From: Bacilli bacterium
Lineage (GTDB): Bacteria > Bacillota_I > Bacilli_A > RF39 > UBA660
Direction of reading: 5' to 3'
NCBI GenBank assembly: GCA_017435485.1
Contig: JAFSEY010000011.1
Location: forward strand, 3,442 to 67,441
DNA length: 64,000 nt
The notes below the pieces were generated by a model. That model saw nothing but the letters and a program-made list of their open reading frames with translations. It was not told where the DNA came from and searched no databases. The position numbers were made by a program, and so were the translations under genes. Below, piece after piece: positions 41,973 to 52,113 of the stretch. Every line of letters starts with the position of its first letter. The stretch's first letter is position 1.

Positions 41973-42872
41973 ATGACTATATCAGAACAAAGAAGAAAAG
42001 ATTTAGAAAATGCAATAAACTTATATGATATACAAAAGAATGACCAAGTAAAAGCACTTGATTTTAGTGCTTATAATAAATTTTATAAAATGACAAATGA
42101 AAATTTATTGCAGGCATATAAAACCGTTGAAGCATCATCCTCAACAAAAGCTTTGACAATTTTAGCTAGTGGAGATCAAGCATTTAATTTGATAAACAAA
42201 GGAGTAATTAATGTTGACTGTTTTGATGTTAATCGGTTGACGGAATACTATGCATTAGGCTTTAAAAAAAGAGCAATAGAATGTTTGACATATAAACAAT
42301 TCATAGATTTATTTAGTGCTCCTAAAAATTATCAAGAAATAGAGAGTTATGTTATTGAAAACATGGATGATATATATAAATGGTTTTGGAGTGAATATAA
42401 ATTCAGATTAAAGGAACAAGGCTATAGCTCAAGTATCTTTGATTTATCTATAGTCGTAAAAAAACATATTTGTCAGCAAGATATTAACAGCTATTTAGCA
42501 AGTGAAAAGGATTTTCTTGAGTTTAAACAAAAACTTGCTAATACTAATATAAACTTCTACAATGCTAACGTAAAGGATTTACCAGAAAAATTTGGATTAT
42601 ATGATTTAATATATTTATCTAATGTTTTTGATTATTATGACGATATTTTATATCCGGAATATCCAAATGGAATGGCTTTGCGAAAAACGATAGAATTAAT
42701 AAAACAAATATTTGAGATGAATTTAACGAAGCATGGAGAAATGATTTTCAGTCATTTTGATGACTTCTTTGTTAAACAGTTATTTTTAGAACAAATAATA
42801 AATTCCCAAAAAAAGACATATTATACATCAGCTTATTTTCCACATGTTAGGGGATTAAAAAAGGAGAAGTGA
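41973..42872 (+). CDS. DUF3419/BtaA-like SAM-dependent transferase, array copy 12
   Basis: MTNE, ILASGDQ, NRLTEYYALGFKKRAIECL, YDLIYLSNV. Confidence 0.7.
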   Translation: MTISEQRRKDLENAINLYDIQKNDQVKALDFSAYNKFYKMTNENLLQAYKTVEASSSTKALTILASGDQAFNLINKGVINVDCFDVNRLTEYYALGFKKRAIECLTYKQFIDLFSAPKNYQEIESYVIENMDDIYKWFWSEYKFRLKEQGYSSSIFDLSIVVKKHICQQDINSYLASEKDFLEFKQKLANTNINFYNANVKDLPEKFGLYDLIYLSNVFDYYDDILYPEYPNGMALRKTIELIKQIFEMNLTKHGEMIFSHFDDFFVKQLFLEQIINSQKKTYYTSAYFPHVRGLKKEK

Positions 42873-42876
42873 CAAT

Positions 42877-43803
42877 ATGATCTCAAAAGAACGAAGCGTT
42901 GAAATACTTAATGATTTAAACGAAGCTATAAAGTTATATCAAATAATAAAAAATGATGAAGCACCAGGGAATGCCGAATATTGTGATTATCATCCGTTTT
43001 ATGAAAATACAAATGAACATTTAGCGCATTTACTAAAACCTCTTGCAATCCCTTCAGACAGTAAAATATTAACTATATTAGCCAGCGGAGATCAACCTTT
43101 TAATTTTATTAACAAAGGAATAACAAGTATTGATACTTTTGATATAAATAAACTAACAGAATATTATGCTCTAGGTTTTAAGAGAACAGCGATTCTTACC
43201 TTAACTTACGAACAATATTTAAAATTATTTAGTTACTTTAGTGATGACGAAACAAGAAGGATGGAAGACTTTATTATCAGCAGTATGCCAGAGGATTACA
43301 AATATTTTTGGACAGAATATAAATACGCCTTAAAAGAATTAGGGTATAAAGGCAGTGTTTTTGGTATATCAATTAGAGATATAAAAGATGAAGAAAATTA
43401 TTTAAGAAACAACTACTTATTAAATGCAAAAGTTTATAAAGAATTTCAACAAAAATTACTTAATGCTAAAATAAATTTTACTCATGCTAATGTAACAGAA
43501 CTACCAACAAAATTTTCTCAATACAATTTAGTATATCTATCTAATGTTATGGATTATTATAAAACCGTATTATATGCAGACATACCACCACAAGAAGCGT
43601 TATTAAAAGCAGTTGAATTAACAAAAGAAATATATGCCAAAAATGTTTTAAATCCCGGAGAGTTAATGTTTAGTTTCTTTGGTACAGGATATGCCAACGA
43701 AGTATTTATTGATCCAACTGTTGAAGGACAAAAACACATGTACTACGCGCCATATACTTACCCAAGTCATAGAGGGTTAAAAAAAGGTAAGGGCTTATGG
43801 TAA
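42877..43803 (+). CDS. DUF3419/BtaA-like SAM-dependent transferase, array copy 13
   Basis: NTNE, ILASGDQ, NKLTEYYALGFK, YNLVYLSNV. Confidence 0.7.
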   Translation: MISKERSVEILNDLNEAIKLYQIIKNDEAPGNAEYCDYHPFYENTNEHLAHLLKPLAIPSDSKILTILASGDQPFNFINKGITSIDTFDINKLTEYYALGFKRTAILTLTYEQYLKLFSYFSDDETRRMEDFIISSMPEDYKYFWTEYKYALKELGYKGSVFGISIRDIKDEENYLRNNYLLNAKVYKEFQQKLLNAKINFTHANVTELPTKFSQYNLVYLSNVMDYYKTVLYADIPPQEALLKAVELTKEIYAKNVLNPGELMFSFFGTGYANEVFIDPTVEGQKHMYYAPYTYPSHRGLKKGKGLW

Positions 43804-44714
43804 AAGTAATATCAGAACAAAGAAGAAAAGATTTAGAAGAAGCAATAGAGCTTTATTTATCTGCTTATCAAAAGAAAGATTTTGTGAACGATGATTATGT
43901 TGAATATGCCGGTTATTATCGAATTACTAATGAACCATTTAGTAAATTTTTAGCAAAAGCCAATTTTTCTAATACTTCAAAAACGCTCAGCGTCTTATCT
44001 AGTGGAGATCAAGTATTTGAAATGGTACGAAAAGGAATTAAAAAAATAGATACCTTTGATATAAATAGAATGACTGAGTATTTTGCATTAGGTTTTAAAA
44101 AACGTGCTATAGAATGTTTATCATACGAACAATTTTTAAGCCTTAACAAATACGATAGGATAGTTACTAAGCATAATAATGAAAATCTTGAAATAGAAAA
44201 ATATGTAATTGAAAATATGGAAGAAGAATATAAGTGGTTTTGGCAAGAATTAATAGCTAGCTTAAAAGGTGAAGGTTTTAATGTTAGTGTATTTCATTTT
44301 GTTATAGATTATCTCTATTTAACAAAATTCCATTATAGTAGAAATCCTTATATGGCAGATAAAGAAAAATATAAAGAATTACAACAAAAATTGTTAAAGG
44401 CCAAGATAACTTTTCAGCAAGCTGATATAAAAGAACTTCCTAAAAAATTTCAACAATATGACTTGATATATTTATCTAATATCTTAGAATATCATGAAGA
44501 TATTTTTGAAAAATCAGGTTTGCCGCCTGAAGAAGCAATTAAGTTATTAAAAAAAATTTATAATAAAATGTTAAATAATAATGGTGAAATCATTTTAACT
44601 GATTTAATGGATTGGTTTTATCCATCCTTTGCTGCTGAAAAATTATTTAAAGAAAATCATGAGTTGATCGTTGATGGATCCGATAGAGGATATATATTAA
44701 AAAAGAAAAAATAA
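43797..44714 (+). CDS. DUF3419/BtaA-like SAM-dependent transferase, array copy 14
   Basis: ITNE, VLSSGDQ, NRMTEYFALGFKKRAIECL, YDLIYLSNI. Confidence 0.7.
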   Translation: MVKVISEQRRKDLEEAIELYLSAYQKKDFVNDDYVEYAGYYRITNEPFSKFLAKANFSNTSKTLSVLSSGDQVFEMVRKGIKKIDTFDINRMTEYFALGFKKRAIECLSYEQFLSLNKYDRIVTKHNNENLEIEKYVIENMEEEYKWFWQELIASLKGEGFNVSVFHFVIDYLYLTKFHYSRNPYMADKEKYKELQQKLLKAKITFQQADIKELPKKFQQYDLIYLSNILEYHEDIFEKSGLPPEEAIKLLKKIYNKMLNNNGEIILTDLMDWFYPSFAAEKLFKENHELIVDGSDRGYILKKKK

Positions 44715-44726
44715 CTAGGAGGAATT

Positions 44727-45620
44727 ATGAATAAACAGCAAAAAAAAGATATTGAAATGACTAAGGACTTTTATCGTAAATTAATTCTTAATTATAATAT
44801 AGGCAATAGCTTTGAAACATATTCTAAAGTTTATTCCTTCACTAATGAAAATCTTGCTAAACTTTATCCTTTGATGCATTTTGAAAAATATAATAGCGCT
44901 CTTACAGTTTTATCAAGTGGAGACCATGCCTTTAATCTAATTTATATGGGAGTTGATAAAGTAGATACATTTGATACAAATCGTTTAACGGAATATTATG
45001 CATTGGGGTTTAAAAAAACAGCTATCGAATGTTTATCATATCAAGAATTTATGAATATGTTTCAAGGACTATCTAAAATTTCTAGTGAATATTTTTTAGA
45101 AATGATGAAGTTTGTTATTGAGAATATGGATAAAAAATATAAAGAGTTTTTTGGAGAGTTTTATGAATTTATTACAACATTAAATTATCACAATTATTTA
45201 ATAAAATTATTTAGAAACGATACAAAAATAGCTGACAGAGATATTAATAATTTATATTTACAATCAGCAAATGCTTATCAATTGATGCAACAACGATTAG
45301 AAAAAGCTAAAATTACCTTTAAGAAATGTGATGCGAAAAATTTAACACATAATTTTCAAACGTATGACCTTATTGATATGTCTAATGTTTTAGCTTCAAT
45401 GAGAAAAATAAGTTTTTATGACGAACAAATTGATCAAAGGATATCAAATATAATTAAATATTTATATAAAAACAATTTGAATAATAATGGAACTTTATTA
45501 GTAGAATATGGCTATCATGGCATACTTTTTTGTGAGAATATCTTAGCTCATATAAATCTAGGTCAGCAAGCTTTTTACAGAACTTCATGTAGTGAAACAA
45601 GAGGATTAGTAAAAAAATAA
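44727..45620 (+). CDS. DUF3419/BtaA-like SAM-dependent transferase, array copy 15
   Basis: FTNE, VLSSGDHAFNLIYMG, YDLIDMSNV; closest to copy 19. Confidence 0.7.
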   Translation: MNKQQKKDIEMTKDFYRKLILNYNIGNSFETYSKVYSFTNENLAKLYPLMHFEKYNSALTVLSSGDHAFNLIYMGVDKVDTFDTNRLTEYYALGFKKTAIECLSYQEFMNMFQGLSKISSEYFLEMMKFVIENMDKKYKEFFGEFYEFITTLNYHNYLIKLFRNDTKIADRDINNLYLQSANAYQLMQQRLEKAKITFKKCDAKNLTHNFQTYDLIDMSNVLASMRKISFYDEQIDQRISNIIKYLYKNNLNNNGTLLVEYGYHGILFCENILAHINLGQQAFYRTSCSETRGLVKK

Positions 45621-45684
45621 AAGAAACAAAAATTATAGTAGTTATAAATAATTGGTTGTTTCTTTTTTTATGTTGGTATATAAT
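45620..45684 (+). promoter_or_regulatory. Terminator-like inverted repeat plus internal array promoter (before copy 16)
   Basis: AAAGAAACAA...TTGTTTCTTT inverted repeat; TTGTTT-N17-TATAAT (45656-45684). Confidence 0.6.
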
Positions 45685-45730
45685 ACAAAACTAACTAGTG
45701 GTCATTTTAAATAAAAAAGGAGAAATAAGA

Positions 45731-46648
45731 ATGACAGCATCAGAACAAAGAGAAAAAGATATAATAGAAGCAACAAATATGTACTTATATAAAACATCGA
45801 AGCTGCACGACGCATATAGCTATGCTTATCGATTTACAAATGAAAATGTTGATAGTATATGGAGTCTTTTTGAATTTAGTGCTAATGTAAAATTATTAAG
45901 CGTCTTATCAAGTGGAGATCAACTATTTGATATGGTTTTAAATGGGATAAAAAATGCAGATACGTTTGATTGCAACAGAATCGCTGAATATTATACTTTA
46001 GGGTTTAAAAAGGTAGCAATAGAAACCCTGAACTATTATCAGTTTTTAGATTTATTTAATTATGAAAAAAGAAGTAGGAAAAAATCAAAGATGGAGAATT
46101 ATGTAATTTCATGTGCTCCAGAAGAATACAAAAACTTTTGGCAGGAATTATTCTATAATTTAAAACAAAGTGGTATTAATTCAAGTGTCTTTGATTTTGT
46201 AAGAGGGGAAAACATTCAAGATGTACTTTTAAACAATAGATGTAATTATCTAAAAACTAATGAAAACTATACAAGTCTTCAAAAGGCACTAAGAGAATCA
46301 AATATAACTTTTAAATATAATGATATTAAAAATATTCCTGAAGGATATGGTAAGTATGATTTTATTTACATATCTAATATCATGGATTATTTTAATGATA
46401 TATTTTCTGAACAATCAGAACTAGACGCCTTATCTAGCACATTAGAATTGCTTCAAAAAATATATGATGTAAATTTAAATAAGCCTGGAGAAATTCTTTT
46501 AACTTATTTTCCTCGAACGTTTATTAATGAAATATTAAATAGAAATAGTTCTGCAAAATTCAGTCCAGTAAAAATAAGTTGTACTAAAAAGGTGCGATAT
46601 CCTAATGCAGTAGCTCTAGAAAAAGGAAGAGTTTTATGGAAAAAGTAA
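45731..46648 (+). CDS. DUF3419/BtaA-like SAM-dependent transferase, array copy 16
   Basis: MTASEQREKDI start after AAGGAG, FTNE, VLSSGDQ, YDFIYISNI. Confidence 0.7.
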   Translation: MTASEQREKDIIEATNMYLYKTSKLHDAYSYAYRFTNENVDSIWSLFEFSANVKLLSVLSSGDQLFDMVLNGIKNADTFDCNRIAEYYTLGFKKVAIETLNYYQFLDLFNYEKRSRKKSKMENYVISCAPEEYKNFWQELFYNLKQSGINSSVFDFVRGENIQDVLLNNRCNYLKTNENYTSLQKALRESNITFKYNDIKNIPEGYGKYDFIYISNIMDYFNDIFSEQSELDALSSTLELLQKIYDVNLNKPGEILLTYFPRTFINEILNRNSSAKFSPVKISCTKKVRYPNAVALEKGRVLWKK

Positions 46649-47556
46649 TTAGTGAACAAAGAAGAAAAGATTTAGAAGCAACTACTAAATTATATTTAGA
46701 AGGATATTGTAGTAAAGCGTTTGAAATATCTGGAAAATTTATAGAGTACGCTAGCTTTTATCATTTGACTAATGAATCGGTTGAGACATTTTTAAAAATT
46801 GTAACTCTTACACCATCAACCAAAGCGTTAAGTATCTTAGCAAGCGGCGATCAAGTATTTCATTTAGTTCAAAGAGGTCTAAAAGATATAGATACATTTG
46901 ATATAAATAGATTAACAGAGTATTATGCATTAGGATTTAAAAAAAGAGCAATCGAATGTTTAAGTTTTGATGATTATAATAAGCTTTTTGAATATTATAA
47001 AGAGCATTATGATAGAACTCATAACCATCAACATTTAGATATAGAACAATATGTAATTGAAAATATGGAAGATGAATACAAGTGGTTTTGGCAAGAATTG
47101 TTTTATAATTTAAAACAACAAGGTTTTAATGCCAGTGTGTTTCACTTTGCAAATAATGCTGATAAATTAAGTTCTATATGCAGAATCCCTAATTCATATA
47201 TGAAAGATAAGGACAAATACAAAGAATTACAACAAAAATTAACAAAAGCCAATATAACATTTAAACAATCATCAATTGTAGATGTACCAACAAATTTTAC
47301 AAATAAATACGATTTAATATATTTGTCTAATGTAATGGAATATTATACTGAATTCTTTAGCGGAAACAAAAAGCAAGCTTTAGATTTACTTAAAAAAATT
47401 TATAGTGAAAATTTAAACAAAAATGGCGAAATATTACTAATTGATCTTATTGAAAGATTTATATCTGTGTTGACAGAAGATAATTTTTTAAAGGAACACA
47501 GATATATAATAGGGCGTGACACAACATATGGATATACTCTAAAAAAGGAGAAATAA
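46636..47556 (+). CDS. DUF3419/BtaA-like SAM-dependent transferase, array copy 17
   Basis: LTNE, ILASGDQ, NRLTEYYALGFKKRAIECL, YDLIYLSNV. Confidence 0.7.
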   Translation: MEKVISEQRRKDLEATTKLYLEGYCSKAFEISGKFIEYASFYHLTNESVETFLKIVTLTPSTKALSILASGDQVFHLVQRGLKDIDTFDINRLTEYYALGFKKRAIECLSFDDYNKLFEYYKEHYDRTHNHQHLDIEQYVIENMEDEYKWFWQELFYNLKQQGFNASVFHFANNADKLSSICRIPNSYMKDKDKYKELQQKLTKANITFKQSSIVDVPTNFTNKYDLIYLSNVMEYYTEFFSGNKKQALDLLKKIYSENLNKNGEILLIDLIERFISVLTEDNFLKEHRYIIGRDTTYGYTLKKEK

Positions 47557-47558
47557 GA

Positions 47559-48455
47559 ATGACAGTATCAGAACAAAGAAGAAAAGATTTAGAAGAAGCA
47601 TTAAAATTAAGTGGCAAAAAAATTAAAGAAGTTACTGATTTTAAGGAATATAATATCTTTTTTGGCCTAACTAATGAGTATCTACAAGATTTATGGAGTC
47701 GATTCCGCATTTCTGGTGAAACAGGTTTATCGGTATTAGCAAGTGGAGACCAAATGTTAAACTTAATTTATAAGGGTGTTTCTAAAATAGATACATTTGA
47801 TATAAATAGATTAACAGAATATTATGCAATAGGTTTTAAAAAACGTGCTATAGAATGTTTGAGTTATGAACAATTTATAAAACTTTTTGATTATTATGAT
47901 AGAAATACAGCACCTTACTATTTTTTAAATCCTGAACTCGAAAAATATGTTATAGAAAATATGGAAGAGGAATACAAAAGGTTTTGGCAAGAATTTTTAT
48001 ATAGATCTAAAGAGTTGAATCCAACTAAACCAAATTCAATATTCATATTAGCCCAAAAATCAGAGCTAAAATGGGTTAAATCAAATCATAGTAATATATA
48101 CATGAATAATATAAAAAACTACCAAAAGCTTCAACAAAATCTATTGGATGCTAAAATAACATTTCAGCAAATGAATATTTTAGACATATCACCAAATATG
48201 GGGAAATACGATACAATATTTTTATCTAATATTTTTGATTATTATGAAGATATGTTTGATGAAAACCCATTTGATGAGGCACTTAAATTGGCTAAAAGTA
48301 TCTATGAAAATAATCTGCAAGATGGCGGTCAATTAATATTTATCCACCTGTTTTCTCGCTTTTTAAGTCGCCTAATGGATGAAAATTATGTTGAAGATAC
48401 AAGGCTATATGATTTAGCTCTAGGATGGAAAAAGCCTAGAAGTAGAAAAAGATAG
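47559..48455 (+). CDS. DUF3419/BtaA-like SAM-dependent transferase, array copy 18
   Basis: LTNE, VLASGDQ, NRLTEYYAIGFKKRAIECL, YDTIFLSNI. Confidence 0.7.
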   Translation: MTVSEQRRKDLEEALKLSGKKIKEVTDFKEYNIFFGLTNEYLQDLWSRFRISGETGLSVLASGDQMLNLIYKGVSKIDTFDINRLTEYYAIGFKKRAIECLSYEQFIKLFDYYDRNTAPYYFLNPELEKYVIENMEEEYKRFWQEFLYRSKELNPTKPNSIFILAQKSELKWVKSNHSNIYMNNIKNYQKLQQNLLDAKITFQQMNILDISPNMGKYDTIFLSNIFDYYEDMFDENPFDEALKLAKSIYENNLQDGGQLIFIHLFSRFLSRLMDENYVEDTRLYDLALGWKKPRSRKR

Positions 48456-48466
48456 AGATGATAAAT

Positions 48467-49354
48467 ATGAATAAACAAAGAGAAAAAGATTTGGAACAAA
48501 CAATTAAGCTTTATGATGAGTTACAATCAGATTACTATTTAGGAATTGATTTTGAAGAATATTCTAAAATATATTCTTTTACAAACGAATATTTAGCTAA
48601 TATGTTCTTACAAATGAATTTGTCGTGTAAGAAAAATGCTTTAACTGTATTATCAAGTGGCGATCATGCTTTTAATTTAATTTATATGGGTATTGAAAAC
48701 ATTGATACATTTGATTCGAATCGCTTAACTGAATACTATGCGCTGGGTTTAAAAAAGACAGCTATCCAATGCTTAAATTATAATGAATTTATGAAATTAT
48801 TTTCTGGAAAAATAGAACGAAAACAAATTGAACTGCTTAATTATGTGATTCAAAATATGGAACCAGAATATCGTAATTATTTTGAAACATTAATTGCATA
48901 CTTTAAAAAATATTCTTTTGACTATGTAATTCATTTATTTAGAAGCGATACTGATATAAGTCAAAAAGATATAAAAAACATCTATCTTCGTTCCGATGTT
49001 AATTATCACAAAATGCAAAAAAGATTAGCTGAAGCCACTATTAGTTTTAAACATTGTGATGTGTTAAATATTCCAAAAGATTTTGGAAAGTATGATTTAG
49101 TAGAACTATCCAATATTTTAGGAGTAAGCGTGAACAGAAACTGGCTGCAGAAAAAAAGAGTTTCTGATTTGCTTTGTCAAATTTATAATAATAATTTAAA
49201 CGAACATGGAGAATTGCTATTTGATTATTCATGGGGAAATGATTTTAGAACAGTAGGGGCATGTAGTGATATTTATGATAATGTTAGCTATGCAAATAAA
49301 AAAGAATATGCATATATGAACGATCTTATAAGAAGCTTAAAAAAACAACTATAG
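48467..49354 (+). CDS. DUF3419/BtaA-like SAM-dependent transferase, array copy 19
   Basis: FTNE, VLSSGDHAFNLIYMG, YDLVELSNI; closest to copy 15. Confidence 0.7.
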   Translation: MNKQREKDLEQTIKLYDELQSDYYLGIDFEEYSKIYSFTNEYLANMFLQMNLSCKKNALTVLSSGDHAFNLIYMGIENIDTFDSNRLTEYYALGLKKTAIQCLNYNEFMKLFSGKIERKQIELLNYVIQNMEPEYRNYFETLIAYFKKYSFDYVIHLFRSDTDISQKDIKNIYLRSDVNYHKMQKRLAEATISFKHCDVLNIPKDFGKYDLVELSNILGVSVNRNWLQKKRVSDLLCQIYNNNLNEHGELLFDYSWGNDFRTVGACSDIYDNVSYANKKEYAYMNDLIRSLKKQL

Positions 49355-49384
49355 GTTGTTTTTTTTATTATTTTATTATAAAAT
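49339..49384 (+). promoter_or_regulatory. Terminator hairpin plus internal array promoter (before copy 20)
   Basis: AAAAAAACAAC-TATAG-GTTGTTTTTTT; TTGTTT-N17-TAAAAT (49356-49384). Confidence 0.6.
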
Positions 49385-49412
49385 ACAAACTTAACTAGTA
49401 AGGGGTATCTTT

Positions 49413-50300
49413 ATGAGAAGTTTAGAAGAACAAAGATTAGAAGATTTAAGACAAATTAAAGATAGAATTAAAACTGGTATTATATCATACGATTTCGAAG
49501 AATATGCCGCTTTCTATAACTTTTCTAATGAACATATAAATAAAAAATATTCCCAAATTGATTTTACAAATTATCATACGGCATTAACCGTTTTATCAAG
49601 TGGAGACCATGCCTTTAATGCAATATATCAGGGAATTGATAACGTTGATACTTTTGATGTGAATCGTTTAACAGAGTATTATGCCCTAGGCTTTAAAAAA
49701 AGAGCCATAGAGTGTTTAACTTTTGAACAATTCTGTACGTTGTATAGTAAAAGAGATCGAATGGATTTAGAAGATGAAGTTATTAAAAATATGGATGATG
49801 AATATAAAAAATTTTGGGAAGCTTATAAATATGAACTGAAATGTTTGGGAGAAGAGATTCCAACTGTGCTATATTGGACTAAGGCAATAATGTATCCTCA
49901 TGGACATGATTACAATGCTTATTTGAATGATGAACAAACATATAAACATTTACAAAAACGATTAGAAGTTGCTAAAATAAGTTTTGCTCAAGCCAATATA
50001 ACCGAATTACCTTCAAAATTTGGAACTTATGATTTTATTGAACTTTCTAATATATTAACTTATCAGCACAAAATTTTCTCTCATAATGTAAAAAAGAATA
50101 CCACAAAATTAGTTACAGATATATATGACCATAATTTGAATGGTTTTGGTACAATGCTTTACCAAACTGGAGGAACTATAGTTGGAGATAATCCGTTAGC
50201 TCTTTATGTACCTAGACGCCTTAAAAGAGCTAAAAAAATTTTTGATAAAAACAATTCTGAAGATTGGATATATGGCCTTCAAAAAGGAGGCAGAAAATGA
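49413..50300 (+). CDS. DUF3419/BtaA-like SAM-dependent transferase, array copy 20
   Basis: FSNE, VLSSGDHAFNAIY, YDFIELSNI; closest to copy 21. Confidence 0.7.
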   Translation: MRSLEEQRLEDLRQIKDRIKTGIISYDFEEYAAFYNFSNEHINKKYSQIDFTNYHTALTVLSSGDHAFNAIYQGIDNVDTFDVNRLTEYYALGFKKRAIECLTFEQFCTLYSKRDRMDLEDEVIKNMDDEYKKFWEAYKYELKCLGEEIPTVLYWTKAIMYPHGHDYNAYLNDEQTYKHLQKRLEVAKISFAQANITELPSKFGTYDFIELSNILTYQHKIFSHNVKKNTTKLVTDIYDHNLNGFGTMLYQTGGTIVGDNPLALYVPRRLKRAKKIFDKNNSEDWIYGLQKGGRK

Positions 50301-51181
50301 ATTTGAAAAAACAAAGATTAAAAGATCTGCGACAATTAAAAGAAATTATTAAACAGAATGGTTTAACACATAACTTTGAAGAATATGCTGCTTTTTATTA
50401 TTTTTCGAATGAACAAATTAATCGCATATTTTCGCAAATCAATTTTGAAAAATATCATACCATGTTAAGTGTCTTATCAAGTGGAGACCATGCTTTTAAT
50501 GCCATTTATCACGGGATAGATGTAGTAGATACATTTGATGTGAATCGAATGACTGAATATTATGCTTTAGGTTTTAAAAAAAGAGCAATCGAATGTTTAA
50601 ACTTTGAACAATTTTGTTTATTGTATACTTTAAATGGACGAGATAAAAAATTATTGGATTTGGAAGATGAAGTAATAAACAATATGGATCAGGAGTATAA
50701 GAAGTTTTGGAAAACTTATAAATATAAAATGAAAGAACAAAGAAAATCAGGCCAAAGTGTATTATATTGGAACAAGGAAGAGTCTTGGCCAGAAGGCGGA
50801 CATTATAATGCTTATCTAGATTCTGAACAAGCTTATAAATATTTACAAAAGAGATTAGAAAGTGCTAAAATAACGTTTACCCACGCAAATATAACAGAAT
50901 TGCCAACAAAATTTAAAGCATATGATTTTGTTGAATTATCTAATATTCTATCGTATAGAGAAGATATTTATGAAAAAAAAGCGGAGTATTATACAAGTAA
51001 ATTAATAGGTGATATTTACAATAATAATTTAAAAAGTAACGGAATAATGATATATCAAACTAGAGGACTTGATCCATTGAGTCCATTGTTTGCTCCTATG
51101 CAACTAAAAAGGGCGAGAAAAACTTTTGCTGAAAGTGATGGATGGTTGTGCGTATATGGCCTTCAGAAAGGAGGTAAATAA
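50297..51181 (+). CDS. DUF3419/BtaA-like SAM-dependent transferase, array copy 21
   Basis: ATGA overlap with copy 20; FSNE, VLSSGDHAFNAIY, YDFVELSNI. Confidence 0.7.
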   Translation: MNLKKQRLKDLRQLKEIIKQNGLTHNFEEYAAFYYFSNEQINRIFSQINFEKYHTMLSVLSSGDHAFNAIYHGIDVVDTFDVNRMTEYYALGFKKRAIECLNFEQFCLLYTLNGRDKKLLDLEDEVINNMDQEYKKFWKTYKYKMKEQRKSGQSVLYWNKEESWPEGGHYNAYLDSEQAYKYLQKRLESAKITFTHANITELPTKFKAYDFVELSNILSYREDIYEKKAEYYTSKLIGDIYNNNLKSNGIMIYQTRGLDPLSPLFAPMQLKRARKTFAESDGWLCVYGLQKGGK

Positions 51182-52104
51182 TGATAATACCAGAACAACG
51201 AAGAAAAGATTTAGCGTGTACATTAGAACTATATAAAAGATTATATAGTGACTTTGAAGAATTAAGAACAAAAGATTTTAAAGAATATAATGTATTATAT
51301 ATGATGACAAATGAACAATTAAATGATATTTGGCATAAAAGAAAACAACTTGGAAACTGTAATGCTTTAAGTGTGTTAGCAAGTGGAGATCAAGCATTTA
51401 ATTTGATAAATAAAGGTGTTTTATCAATAGATACTTATGATATAAATCGTTTGACAGAGTACTATGCCTTAGGGTTTAAAAAAACAGCAATAGAAACTTT
51501 ATCTTTTATGGATTTTTTAAATTTGTTTGATCGTTATGATTTAGAATGGAACTCTGACCTTGAACGTGAAGTAATTAAAAATATGCCGGATGAATATCGT
51601 TGGTTTTGGCAAGAATTTTTATATTCAGCAAAAGATATAAAACGAAATCCTAGCATATTTGATTTGGTAGGTGGTTGTGGTATTATAGATCAAATATTAT
51701 GTGATCGGAAAAACAATTATTTGTTAGATGAAAATGAATATAAGCTGTTACAAGAAAATATGAAAAAAGCCAAAATAACTTTTAGCTGTTGTGATATAAA
51801 AGAAATCCCAAAATCATTTGGTCAATACAATATTATCTATCTTTCTAATATTTTAGATTACTATAAACAAATTTTTAGAGGAAAGCATTCTTTACAAAAA
51901 GCCTATAAATTATTGACAACTATTTATATGAAGAATTTAAAAGATTCCGGAGAAATATTTTTAACAAATTTAACAGGAGATTTTAGAACGAAATTATTTT
52001 TGGATAATCCTGAAATACCTCAAAATAAATATTATGATTATTTAAATGAATTGATAGCTACAGGAATTCCTAAGGGAAAAGCTTTGTTAAAAACTAAAAA
52101 ATAG
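51181..52104 (+). CDS. DUF3419/BtaA-like SAM-dependent transferase, array copy 22
   Basis: MTNE, VLASGDQ, NRLTEYYALGFKK, YNIIYLSNI. Confidence 0.7.
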   Translation: MIIPEQRRKDLACTLELYKRLYSDFEELRTKDFKEYNVLYMMTNEQLNDIWHKRKQLGNCNALSVLASGDQAFNLINKGVLSIDTYDINRLTEYYALGFKKTAIETLSFMDFLNLFDRYDLEWNSDLEREVIKNMPDEYRWFWQEFLYSAKDIKRNPSIFDLVGGCGIIDQILCDRKNNYLLDENEYKLLQENMKKAKITFSCCDIKEIPKSFGQYNIIYLSNILDYYKQIFRGKHSLQKAYKLLTTIYMKNLKDSGEIFLTNLTGDFRTKLFLDNPEIPQNKYYDYLNELIATGIPKGKALLKTKK

Positions 52105-52113
52105 GTGATGTAA

